Source: Styela clava (Eukaryota). From it: DNA of 64,000 bases. The translations under genes and the position numbers were made by a program. Positions within the stretch are counted from its first letter, which is position 1; each line of letters begins with the position of its first letter. The notes under the pieces were generated by a model. The model saw only the letters and a list, made by a program, of their open reading frames with translations, was not told the DNA's origin and did not search any database. Of this stretch, positions 1-13,600 are shown piece after piece. The stretch is taken from the NCBI RefSeq assembly GCF_964204865.1, contig NC_135262.1, positions 17,298,001 through 17,362,000 of the forward strand, given 5' to 3'.

Positions 1-3000
1 AACTGAGCGCATGGACACGAAGATGTCTCAGTAAAAAATGTATTCAAGGCAACGTTTCAGGGCGATTTTTATTGATTTCACTGTGTGTTATTACTTTACT
101 GTTCAATCGATGTTTGTAGCGAGACGTCGTGTTGAGCCTTCTGGAATAGGTTCAATTCTCTATGTCAGACAAACCTATTCCTTAGAAAGTTCAATGCTTC
201 GACCGCCATTTGTTTTTCAACCAAAATATTGTTAGATTGAACCGATGCTACAAATCTTTTATAATGGGTAGTGTGTTGTGAAAAGCTTTTGCGCTGAGCC
301 TTGGAATGTTTGCCCTTCTACAACGACAAGCCAAGGCCCACCGGAAGAACCCGGGATTTCCCGCGTTTTCTCTCGAAGGGAAACCACCTTGTATCAAAAT
401 AGATCGCAAACCTAACCTCGAAATTATCTACGATTCGAGTGTGGCTATGATCGAGGTGGTTGAATACTAGAAATACCGGGCGCAACAGCAACACAATATA
501 CGAATAAATCGATCGAAGTTCTGGGAATTTGCTGAACTTGAAGCACCGATTTTACGAACTTTCTAAGAGTAAGTCTTTCCGTTTCAAATTATATAGTTCG
601 TTGTCTTAAAAGACGAACCGAACAAACAGGGGACTTATTCCTGGGAAAGTTCACAACATCAGGCCCGATAGAATAGAAATAGAACGTATATAACGATTGG
701 ATAAAATACTTTAAAATATTTATCTCCGTTTATCATTTTCGCACATATTGCATCAATGTGAGTAACGTACGTGGACTCTGGTAATAAATAGTCTTACTTT
801 CATTTTACTTTATAGCCGTAATTAGGCAACTGTTGGTTTTGCGCATTTTATGATCGGATACTTCCATTATACACGGCGAAATATGTTCCGCACTCGACAA
901 GGCGGGTAACTCTTTGGCCATTCTCGGCAGATGAAAATTGCATGTTAGCTCGATGATTCAACGACAAAAATGACGAAAATATTTTGATGTCGAGATTGGT
1001 TGGTTTGAAGAACGTCGTGACTCACTCGCTTAGATAAACAACTCAACTATGACACCTACGCGCTTGGTACCGCAACAAGGCTTAATTACGCTTGCTATGT
1101 GGGTTTGTTACATAGCTTGAATATGTGAAAAATCTCATTTTTTGTCGACGAAAAGGTACTTAATTTACTTTTAACTGGATGCTGCGTTAGTCGAACTATG
1201 AAGAATTCAAAAAATGACGTTTTATAAATCAAAATGGACCGTTTAATACGGGATTTGTGATTCATGGGTATGAGATTTTTAGGGGATATAAAATCGAATA
1301 AATCATCATTTCTTGCGCAATAAATCTCTAAAAAATTTATTCCAATAAAATTGTTGAAAATTTCTCTAGATTCACTTACGTATGGTGGTGATCATATTGA
1401 AACGCCTGCCCATCATTTGTACACGTATGATCAGGAACTAATACTATTTAAAATGTTATTCGATACGTAATACCGGACGGACGCACCGCTTCCTCCAGCT
1501 TTTTCCACATTACATACACACGCAACTGCGTCACATACGTAGGTCGGAAACCGTTGACCATTCGAATCTACGTTCAGCTGTTGAATAATAAGTTCGCCAT
1601 ATTGTTTACGAATTTGAAACCTGACTTTTCTAACGTCGAAGCGTAACATCTTCTCCATACAATTTCTAAAGTTAGATTAGAAATGGCGAATTTTTATACC
1701 GGTACAAATAGCAGGTTTAAAGTGAAATTCAACTAGTCCAACACGCCATCATTGACACATTTTCACAAATTTCTGTATCTGAATCATACTATCGATGACG
1801 GTTGCTCTCTAAGATTGAAAACTTCAGAAACTTGCCAACGCCTTTTTATTATACTCGGCCTGTTCCATAGAAGTTTCACACCTTAGTGGCAAAAATTGAC
1901 TTCGCTTTCGTAACCATTACCATGCGCTATACATAGCTTAATTTAGATATGCTAAATAGACTATTTTCATAGTCATTTCTGCCTAAAAACCCTCTCTTTA
2001 CATAGTGATTTCGTACTGTTGTTGTCATACATGTACTAAACTAGTCGACGCTAGCTTGCGGCGGTTCAGTCGGCCTTATGGTCATGTTTTTCGCTCTTAG
2101 TTTTCGTCGAAGCTGATGTCGATTAGTCATACGGACGACCCGCGTATTTTAAATCGCCAACAATCGCTCAGAACGAACGGCGTTCCGAAAGCATTGTTTA
2201 CTCGATCCGCTGCCCTAGTTTTTACGTCGGTCAAGCGTTAGTGTTCCCATATTATTTTTTGCGATTAAATGATGCCACACTGTATTGTTCATTTCAAAAG
2301 AGCATTGATTTGGTTAACAATATGCTACAACTATTTATAACGAATTCATGCTATTACGACATTCAAATGTCTCAATTTCACTACAACCTTGATTTTTTAT
2401 GAATGGAAAATATCATTGGGAACACTGAGTTACGATTTTCACACGGATTTGCGTGTATCCGTCACGCATGAACGATGATGTCCTATTTCTGCTCTCGATT
2501 ACGCTTTTCATTGATCGTTTCATTGTCCAGATAATGTGCTGACCGTTGCCAAGAGAAACTTAAAATATAGTTTGAAACACTATCACTATCATTCACAAAA
2601 AGTTGACCCGATTTTTTTTCAATTCTACAAATACTGTTATTTGATATTTCAGACATATTTAATAGTGAATAATTAAGGCATTTCCGATTTCAAACTTGTA
2701 AGCTTGTTCACTTTCTGAGCATTGACTTCGATTCGGAGAAATATTACGGGTATCTCGAACCCAGGCAAGAGTTCAGCAGTCTAAAATCAAATTGTAATAT
2801 GACGCTTTATTCAATTAAATCATGGTTCATCATATTTAGCACCGCTCTGTTTTAGTTATGTCGTTCGAAAGAACAATTGTGCTTTGAACAAAAATTTAAT
2901 CAAAAATTAAAGTCCAATTGCCGATTCCGTGACTGGACTTCGTAATAACCTTAAAGGAAGTATAACTCCTAGATTGGGACTTAGGTATATCAGTGTTAGA

Positions 3001-6000
3001 ATTTAAATAAAAACAATTATTATCTTACCTTGAAAATTCTCTCTTCGTTCTGCCGCCTTCTCTTTCAAAGTTTCTTCGACATCTGGAAAGCGAAGTTGAA
3101 AACTAATCTTTCCTCGCTTCTCTCTCTCGCCTTTTTCTATTTCTGCACATGCGCACTAAACTTCCTATTCACAACGTGGATCTAATAAACACCCTTGAGC
3201 CGGTTTTGAACTCGCCTACGGGGAAAAAGGAATTAGAGCGGAATAAAGTTATTCTTCTACTCCATCAACTAGCATCGGACATTTTTATGATCTACTTTGC
3301 TAGTTAGATTGCGATTAGTCGGCAAATACATCATATAACGAGTTTTTCGACGTATATTATCAGTAAGTTTACAAGAACATCTTTATACAGTTTTAAGTTT
3401 AACGTGCAGTTATACTTATTGACGAATTTAAAATTTAGTTTAATACTTTCGAAGCTGGAATAGAATTAAAAAATTCACCGAAATTATCACGTGATATTCC
3501 GACTTGATTGTCCTTGAGCTCAATGGAATCCAAACAACCACAATGATTCTGACTGCCATCTTACATCATTTATATCATATCGCTTTCCTCTCTCGCCTTT
3601 TTCTTTTTATGAATTATGTCTGGAGCCCGGCTTGAGGGCCAATTTCCTGAGCTCGTTCTCGTCTTCCGTTAACAACCGCCCCTCCCTCTATCAGCGCTTC
3701 TCTTTTAAGCTCTTATCAAGACGTCCAATTAAAAAGCTGCAGCTTATCCAGCAACGTGTAATTACTTTGCACCCATGGATTTATTTGTTGTCTCTGTGTG
3801 TGATTTGATTTATACTAATCCTCGAATCAAATGGTATTATGCGTAATTGGTCCTTTTTTAGCCAATGTTAGCGTGGCTATATTCTACAGCGTATCTTGTT
3901 TTATAACTCCATATGAGGGATCATAGCTCACAGACTCGTTATTTCTTGCAATCAATAAATATCCTCTTAGGCATTAGGATTTTCTCTGATTTAAAAATAA
4001 ATTGAATGTGTAATCGAACTTCCCTTGCTTGTGAAATAATGTGACATCTATTAGCCATGCTTTCGCTTTGGTGGAACATGGACGCTGTTTGCAAGAATTG
4101 ACATAACTATTATAAGTGGTCCAAGAAATTTACTATACACCGACACGAATACGTTTCATTTGATCCGTTACATTTCTACGGGCAATACATTCAATGAATT
4201 TTGTATCAGATAGAATTTTTGTATTTGCGCTATATTTTCACTTTAAAATTGGGATATATTTGATAATTTTGTATTTATCCAAAAAGACTGAAAAAGTTCC
4301 AACAACCCACGTAAGTTCGAAAGAGACAAAGTAAAAACAATATAGTAATTTTGTTCATTCATAAATAAATAATTTGAATCCACATGTATAACCAATAATT
4401 AGCAATTAACTAGTAAAAAAAAATCAATTTAAAGTACAGGCATACTTTTAGAACCTGTTCAAAATCTGCATGGATGTCATTTATTTTTGCACGCAAGATT
4501 TTCAACATCGGCGTCGTCCATTTTGTTTGACCTGTTTAGTTATTGTGCGTTCACTTCCATGAGCAAAGAATGACGGCGTCACGGGTGATGAAACGTCACG
4601 CTGTGTGAACAGAAATATTAAGTTCGTGTCACTTATTTGCCCTCAAATACGATTCATACTTTGGCCTTGATTGTCTTTTATAAGAACTTGAATTTTCGGT
4701 CGTCTGCGTTTTGGTAGTGGTAAACATTGCTGCACGTTTTGCCATTGCATCGGTAGTATACGGTTAACGGATGAACCGTATTTGTCAAACAAAAAAGCTA
4801 ACGTGTGACGTTTAAACTACAATACACATTCGGTGCTAAGTATTTGGAGTTTTGTAAAAATTATTGTTCGTTTTCTTGCGTGTCTCAGTTTCATAATATT
4901 AAAAGAATAATCTTCTAAAGACATCATTATGTACGGTACTATCTTTTTATTTCCCAGCCACTTAATTTTTGATCTGTTTTTTTTTATTTATTTTTTTTAT
5001 ATAGGATGAGATAGGAGATGGGGCGTTTAGCTAACCTAACGTAGATGTGCAGAAGTAGAGAAGGCATATCAGAAACTTAATGTTTGGGCAATAACGGGTA
5101 GTACCCTCCGTATTATTTTCTGATGAAACTAATCTTGTTAGTTTCAGTAATTTAAAAATAGTCGCCAGAGACCGTAAAATTCAATACTTTTTATGAACAA
5201 AGACACAAAACACATCGATAACAACAAAGAAAATTAATTATAACAAGACAATGAGAATCATTTATGACTGCTATGCAGTTAATTCAAACCGAAACGCCTG
5301 GAGGCTGCCAATTTTACTCGTTCTGGGAACAATAACGGGTTATATTAGAAGGTATTTTGTAATACCTCTAACGAGTGTTACTATTATTGTTTATTGTTTT
5401 CCTTTTTTGGTGTTAGATTATAAGCGCGAGTTATATCCTACTTCTAAAATATATCGTTCTCAAATGAACGCCTCGTTATCGTGAATATTACTATTAGTCT
5501 GTTTGTTATCGTTATTAAATTCTGCGAGTTCGTTGTAAATGTCCAGTAAAAAAGGTTTTCTTTTGGATCGTTTGAATGGTAGGCTTGATTTGTATCTAGA
5601 CAAGAAACAGGTCTTTCTGAAATTTCCTATGGAATTCGTTTCTGAACGTTATCCATGCTTCAGAAGTGCTTTTTATGTGATATTTCAAACCTCAGTTTCG
5701 AAGCAACCGAATTGCAGTAATGCACTCACTATTCTGATATGGTCAATGTATCTTTAATCACAGTATCTAGAACCATAAGATTGAAAATTACGTCTCCATT
5801 GAGAATGAGCTACAATGAATACACCAAGTTTTTATTGTCATTTCGATAAGTCGCCTCTTCATATTATTATTAATTTATATATGTCCCTACTACATTAATA
5901 TGGGCATCAACTGCTTAAGATGGAATATGAAAATGAGCCCATATACAGAACTACAAAGAAATAGTCATATATAGGTTCACTATTTTTAGTCAACACACTT

Positions 6001-7603
6001 AGTCAATTCCAACCAATTTGAATGTGGATCAGTTTGCCTTTCAAGTTGAATTGTCGCCATGAAGTTAGTTGTGACCGTGACTGGTCACGTGATGGAAATC
6101 CTCGCAATTTGCAAAACGGATTATCTTTCGCACAGGGACGTTTTTGACCCCGATGACGTTTTTTCGCTTCCGGATTGAGGTCAAATATGTTTGTTTTCTC
6201 TTACGCTGGTCTGTCTGGCGGATTTAATTTATCGCGTTACGATTCAAAGACAATAAAGAATCTGATTTGTCTGTGTTATTTGAATAAGATTTTAGGAAAT
6301 TTATAAATTTGTTTGGGGTTAATTGGAAATTGAATACCACCAGGAATTATCGGGTTTTGAGAAATTTGGAAACGCGAATTGAAATAGGGCTGCCTTCTGG
6401 TTCATTGTGACGCGACAATAGGAAATATCCTGATGTTCCCATATTGTACCGCTGTAGACACGTGACCTAATTTTTCAAATAAAAATATGTATACTAGGAA
6501 TTGAATGGAAACATAGAAACTTTTTACAACAGAAAAATTAAACGAAGCACTCTTCACATTTGCCATTCGCGCTACGTATAGTAAACGTCAGACATATACG
6601 ATGTCAGACAAACGGATATTTAAATCTAAACAGGGCCGTAAAAAGGTATTTTAGTTGAATTGGGACGATAGCTACATGACTTTAAACATTAAAAACATTA
6701 TTTTAAAGGTATTGTATATGCATTAGTTTGTACCGCCTTAATTAATTAATGCGGACAAAAATGTCACCGGCACTGGGACATTAATTAATCACCTAACAGT
6801 AATCATTTATATTCGACAGAACATAATTTTAATATCTAAAAACAAAATAAATAATCGAAACAGAACGTTGATTTAGGACAAAACATCCGGTAGAATCAAG
6901 AATTTCCGACGGAAGATGTAGATAAATCATGATACGCCAATCACAACTTAATTAATTCAAGCGCGAATTTCCGGCGGCCTGTCTGCAAATCTAGGTTTAT
7001 TGATTAAATGGAGCTATCTTTGAAAGCTTCTAACGGACTGGAATTAACTCCATACTATCTTTTCCTTGCAAAGCCATGATGATAGCTACTGTACGACTGT
7101 AAACAAAGCATCTTTTGATGTAAACACATTTATGTTTACAATACAATTATATATTAAAAACGAATCAACATTTCATTGATGTATAGCCATATATTTTCGA
7201 AAAAAGCCTCAAGCGATCACTTCAAAAACAAAAAGTCATTCATAAATTATATTAAACTACGATGTGCCATAAAGTTTGATTTAGGATTCAAATGTTCCAT
7301 TTTGGCCTTGTATTTTTGTGATCAACGAGTGGTGCAAATTGGTGTTTTAATATTTCTACACGGTAAGTAATTGCCCTAAATAAACCTTCGATATGATATA
7401 GCTTTGGTTTTTCAAATTTTTTATATTTACGACTTTGTGGAAATATGCTTACAAGGTATTTCGCTCGACCATAGAGTGAGTGCTCGTGTCAATGCGCAGA
7501 AGCCCTTTGCGACTCTCTCATTCTTTGACCGACCAAAGCTGTAGTGAGTTCACAATGTTGTTTTATTTTATACCGGATTGGAAAAGTTATTTTCCTATTT
7601 TAG

Positions 7604-10600
7604 AAACAATGTTTCTCTCCTTTCTGGTATTTACGTTGAGCATTTGGACATCCTTATTACGTCATCAGAAGATGGGAACATCTACATATGGGGGTTTGAT
7701 GAAGCAGCAGTTAGTGCGTTGACCAAATTATCCCCGGAAAAGATGGATGGATCTCCAGTTCACAGGTAAAAAAGCATTGGGCAGAAGTCAAATCCCATTT
7801 CTAGGACGTTTTATTACATAAATGGGGAGATTAATATTTCTTCTATTCGTTTTGTTTCGATTTCGGCTTCTTATCACTTTGTTACAAACAAGCCGCACCC
7901 TCGACCGGAATATACTAATTAGAATTTCATTTTTTTATATAAAAAATTTCCTCTTGGAACAAATGACTGACTATACACGTCCCCTCTTAGTGCTAGTGTG
8001 ATAGGATTGTCCTAATCTTCAAATTGGTATAAATCAGTGGTTCCCAAACTTTTTTCAGGATGACCCCAAAGACAACTTCCAAGTGTCCAGTGCGACCCCA
8101 GGTCAATATATATATATATATTTTTCATGAAACTTTAGAGCTTCTTTCTCTGGACTTTTGAGTTTGGTCATGTGGTGGTATTAAGTAAAATAAGCTAAAA
8201 CCCAACAGTGATGTCACAATAAACACCTATATTTTCAATAACGAAAGCATAGAGTGATGCCTATGTGCTAATTTTACTTTAAGCCATGATACAAACTGCT
8301 AAATCTAACATGGTTTGTCAAATCTTAGATGAGTTGTACATCCATCCTCTACCATACCTCAGCGACCCCACCGACCCCATGACCTGGTTGCGACCCTACC
8401 TATTTATCACTCCGACCCAATTTGGGGTCGCGACCCCTGGTTTGGAAACCCCTGGTATAGATAGTATAATCCAATGATTCCGATATTAAGCAACATCATC
8501 ATCTAGGGGCGAATAGATTAGGGGACGAAAAGCCCTGGAAGGGCAGTAACGCATTCGCCCAATAGTCAGAATTATCGAGAAACGAAATGTCTTTTACAAA
8601 AGATTGACGTGATATATTTTGGTGTAGGTCACCTGGCAACGAGGTCATGGCAACGACGACGTAGATCCAATCATTCTTTCATTTCTAACATCTTATTTGG
8701 CAGAGAAACGACTTATAGCCGTAACACTAATGGTATCAAAACAAAGAAACCGCCTTTACACTATTGAGATTGTACCTGACATAAATGTCAGATCCCAAGA
8801 TCGTCTGTGCCAATAAAAACGCCATAATCTATGATTAGGCTAATTGTTTAATTGGGGTATATATTTTACATTTTTTCAAGCAGGCAAGTATGTAGGAAGC
8901 CACCTCTCTCTTCTGTAGTCTACCAAATTTATTATAAATTTGTTTCACAAGAGGTTATTATCAACTGGCAACGCCAACATAATTAGGTCGGACATGCCGA
9001 CAATATTTTGTTTGCGACAAACATGAAACCATGACATCAAACTTACCAATTCTATATTTACACCAGGAAATACAGCGTCTTATTTGGAGATTTTAGACGA
9101 AATAATATGACTCCGATCCCACCTCAAAAACTATACGGAGAAACGTTGAATAATGGCTTAATTATGGGAGACGGAAGAGACGATGACGAAGTAAACGAGA
9201 TTTAACTCAATTTACTGCTATATTCGTGGTGATATACAAACCGTCGCAACATGAACAGTATCCGGGCCAATAGTCATTATTAAAATGGAAAAAACTGACT
9301 GTGGCATACAATATTACAGAGAGTTGAGGGCATCTAAAATTGTATTTTTAGTTTTGTATCAATGTGATAAATTGCCTTCTGATTACCTTGTGATATTGTT
9401 TACACCCGTGCTGTTGATGTATTATTATGCTTTAAAAATGACGGACGTCTCTGGCAGTAGTAATACTATGTGAGAGTCACTAATCTTGCCTCCAGCACCT
9501 CTTTCAAATCTTACTGTTGCTAGTTAAATAGAGTTTTATGTTTTTTATATAGCCCTGAACATAGAGGGTGTACCCCAAAACAGAACCCACGTCCTTTGAA
9601 ACATATTCTGAAAATAATAAAACTTTTGGGGAAAATTTCCTAGAATATTTGTGGGTACACAAACAGAAGTTCAATTGCTAAATAAATTTGATTCATTTTT
9701 GTTGAAGTATTTAAGAAGTTTATGGGCTTCGTTTTTAGGTAACCCTGTACTACAAGCACTATGCTACATCGGTTTTCGGGGAAAAGTTATGCTCCCTTTG
9801 TAAATATCGACAATGTTACAATTTCGACAATCATCAGATAGTTAATTCCCCTTTTCCCGGGGTGATTACAAAACCCTGTTTCAATTATAGAAACCGTTGG
9901 AGGAAACAAGACTAGAACCAGCTGCAGGCGATGCTACGCCAATTCAGGAGAAAGCGACCAACAGTTTCGCTGATTCTGTAACAAATAGAGTGGCTGGTTT
10001 TATATGCAAAGATGTCCTTCTGGGACACGAATCTTGTGTGACGTCATTTGCTATCGTTGATAAGGAAGAGGAACACGGAGCCACTTACATGGTAAGTCAT
10101 CTGTGACGATTTACGTAAGAATTGACAAAAGAGGATAATGTTTTTTTTTACGTTTATAGCCGGGAAACGAGGAAGGATTACGACTTTATCACATGGCGAA
10201 TCACGGCATCTGTCGTTCATGGAAATAGTTATCCATTAGTTCGTTTCAGATAAATGGACTCGATCACGGAAAAAGTCGTAACCGACCAACAGTTACATGA
10301 ACTATACGAGCACTATACGATGACAAGTCCGCTGATTTCAGTTGTCGATAATTCCGTATTTGAAAGTCATGAAGATTGTTACCAAATCTGGCGCGTTTGA
10401 GGTTGAAGATAGTCACTTACCTATAATGGCATTGCAGATTAAAATCTCGAGTTCAAACCTCTTGCTCACCACCTAATCCGGGGTGTAACAAATTGGGTAG
10501 GCGATGCTGAACTTGAAAGATTCCGTTTCCCCTAACCAGCGTTTCTAATACTGTGTATCGCTGGAGTGTTCCGCGGGACAGGGATCGAAATTGCGACCGC

Positions 10601-13600
10601 GCGCCTCTGGGTCCGCCGTACTTCAGCGCCTCTGGGTCGTATATTTGTCTCCTAACTAGCGAGAAACAGGCGGACAGGCCTCGTGCCAGTCTGGAAAGCA
10701 TGGCATTTTCGTCAACCTTCCAATATCGTTAACCATCGGCATAATTTTTGAATTGTCAAGTTTACAGCAAACTTTTTAATTTTACCATAGGCTAATTTAT
10801 TTGAAAACCACCCTTCCAAATGGATTGTTGGCTCAAAACTGGAAGCCTCAAAAGATGCTGTGATAAGCCGGTTGTGCAAGTTGATGCACAAAGTAAATTC
10901 TTTACACAAATTTTTATTATCAATTTTACCTTCTAATTCTTAGTGTTCCGCGAGGCGAGATAAAAAGCGTAGTTTTTCCAAGCAAAAAAAGTTTGATAAA
11001 CTCTACCCTAAACTATGGATCTCCTTACCTAGCGGTGTATGTTTGTACATTGCCCTGTTTAAAGCGAAAGGCGTATTATAGAACAAATGACCTGGAAGTT
11101 TATTTTCAGCTTTCAGGCGGATGGGACCGAAAAATATTGGTTTGGAATCTACGAACAGGACAACTTCATGATCAGTTGCGAGCGAATAAGACTCGTTATG
11201 ACATCAACACTGGAAAAGAAATTCCACCTGATGATATCGAGGATGCAGTCAACGAAGACGAACTAGCTGAAGGAGAATTGGCATGTGATGGTGTTATACT
11301 TGATATTGAATACTGTAAAGAAAGGTAGGAAAATATTTATCATTTACTGTGGTGAATTTTCGGTACTCCCGTAGTGTGTGTACCAGATTAGGGTTAAGCC
11401 ATAATTTTATTCTGATTTTCCCTATTTAGTTCTATAACGAGTTCGGGGCCTGTCTGTGCATATAACTTTCAGTCCCATTACATAACTTGATGTAAAGTAG
11501 GCGAACAAAATTAGTCACCTCCATATTGGTACACACACTTCTGAAGCGCCGACTTTTCTATATTTATCTCCTATTTTGAAACGATTGCGTAAAATTAGTT
11601 AGGATTAGGGAGGCCTCGGGTGTCATTTGAATGGCCTCTTCCGCGGAGGGGACAATAATAGGCCTGATTACATGTTTATCAAAACCAGTCCAGCGAACCG
11701 GTTCGGTCAAAGTGGTCTCGGAGACTACTTAGCGCCCTCGATTACATGTCCAAACCAACAAGCTGAGAACAGTTTCAGAGTTGCCGGATTAAATCAAATA
11801 AGTCATGATTTGCAAACACTGCATATATTTTATTTTCAATAAATTCATAAATTCAATACAAATGTTAATTAAAGTATCAAAATTAAATGTACGTTCTTGA
11901 TTGAGGTTATTTGCAGAATATGATGAGGGGTTGCTTTCCCGTTGAAATTTGCCTACAATCTAAGAACAAAACGACGAATTTATTGGGGGCATAAAAGATA
12001 GACAATTTAGATCATTTTGGCCGACCATTCAGCGTTCAACGCTGCAGACTACTGGCACCTTACGCCACACGATCCATTAAAAAATCACAGTAGGCCTACA
12101 GTTACCAGTAGGCTACTGGCAGACTGGCAACCAAATTAAAACAGTTACACTTTATCAACCAAACACTTGTGTGAAGTGGGCTCATCATATGTAAACAGAA
12201 GCACTTTCATTATTTAATATCGCCCTACTACTGCGACGTTACCGACACTGAAGCTTCGTATTTATGCTGGTACCGGTATGTACAGTAAGGGTACCGGTCA
12301 GTGTTCACTATTAGCGCACTTTTTTGCGAAAATTGCGAAACACTTTCGCAACTTTTTTTAGGGACTGCGAAATAGCACTTTTTTCCGATTTTGAATGGAA
12401 TAAAAATTCAAAGTTAACAAATATTTTCGAGTATTAAGTTGACAAATAAGTAACATACTGGTACTTTTGTAACTCAATTCTGCATATCATAACGATATTT
12501 ACCGGAATTCTAACCTATGAGATGCAGACATAGGAGATAAAGCTTTTGCATTAACGGCAAAATTCTTGTTTATAATATGATTATTATACAAGCACACGGA
12601 TTCCGCTTCTCCTGCAAAAAACGCTCCCAGGGCGTTTCTTTGAACGAGAGTGGTCATGTGACTATCAATGATATCGATGAATTCAAAATGACTATAAAAA
12701 GTGTTAGTAACGTGTTATAGTCACTTTGGATGAATTGTGACCAAACTGCACGATTTTCAAATCAGACGAAACTTTTAGCAGCATGTCACAGATTTGCAAA
12801 ATCAGCAAATTCACAAAATACCATTAAATGCCATTTTATTGTAATCACAATGTTGAAAGGACGTGGCATTTTCCGGATTTTTGCGATATTTACACAACTA
12901 TTTCTCATTGATATGCGAGGAGGGGTGGGCAAAATTCAATATTTTTTTAAATCGAATATTTTTAAGGAGTACCGAATAAACGTGGTGGAAACATTAAAAA
13001 ATCGGCAACAAAGCCTTTTTACTGGTTAATTCCGTTGTAATCGCTAATTGTTCTTGTCACCGATCGTTTTGGCGGCGATATCCAGGTTTTGGGTAATCTA
13101 TATTCCCGCCCTCTCTTTTTTACAAATATGAATTCTTGTGGTTCGGAGGACATCGAAGTTTTATATTTCGGGTTTACCCGTTCGTTCACATCGGCAACAG
13201 CTGTTGAAGACATTGAGGACTCAAATTAACATTTGCGCTGGCTTTAATATTACCTATCAAGATTTGTAAATTTACCGTCCCGATTTTATGCGAATGGTAA
13301 TATTATTGTCCATACCGTGATGCAGATATTTATTAAGACGATAATTAACTTTCTCATGTATTTCTATGGTGATAAACTTCGCAAATCTGAAATTGTGCCA
13401 ATCCTGAATGTTGATTTGAAATAGTGATTGAATAATTCGGCTATAAAGGCATTTCTGCGTGGTCATAAGACGAGATGACGTTAATGAACAGCACTTCTTT
13501 TACAGGATATTTCACGTATGCGACTTATTGCTAAAAAGATTGGGCTCGAGTGCTTTTTTTTCGAGTGCTCGAGTGCCTAATAGAGGTCAGGCGCTAATTG

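Noticed and set aside
290-575. GC-richer segment ending in a GTAAGT donor, a possible upstream WD40 exon
   Set aside because: All three frames contain stops and no WD motif is visible.
3025-3160. Purine-rich minus-strand segment ending in CAAG|GTAAGA, a possible nested exon
   Set aside because: No ATG in the open frame and no partner exon found. It follows ttaaagg at about 2951, so it may be the end of a TTAA-type transposon.
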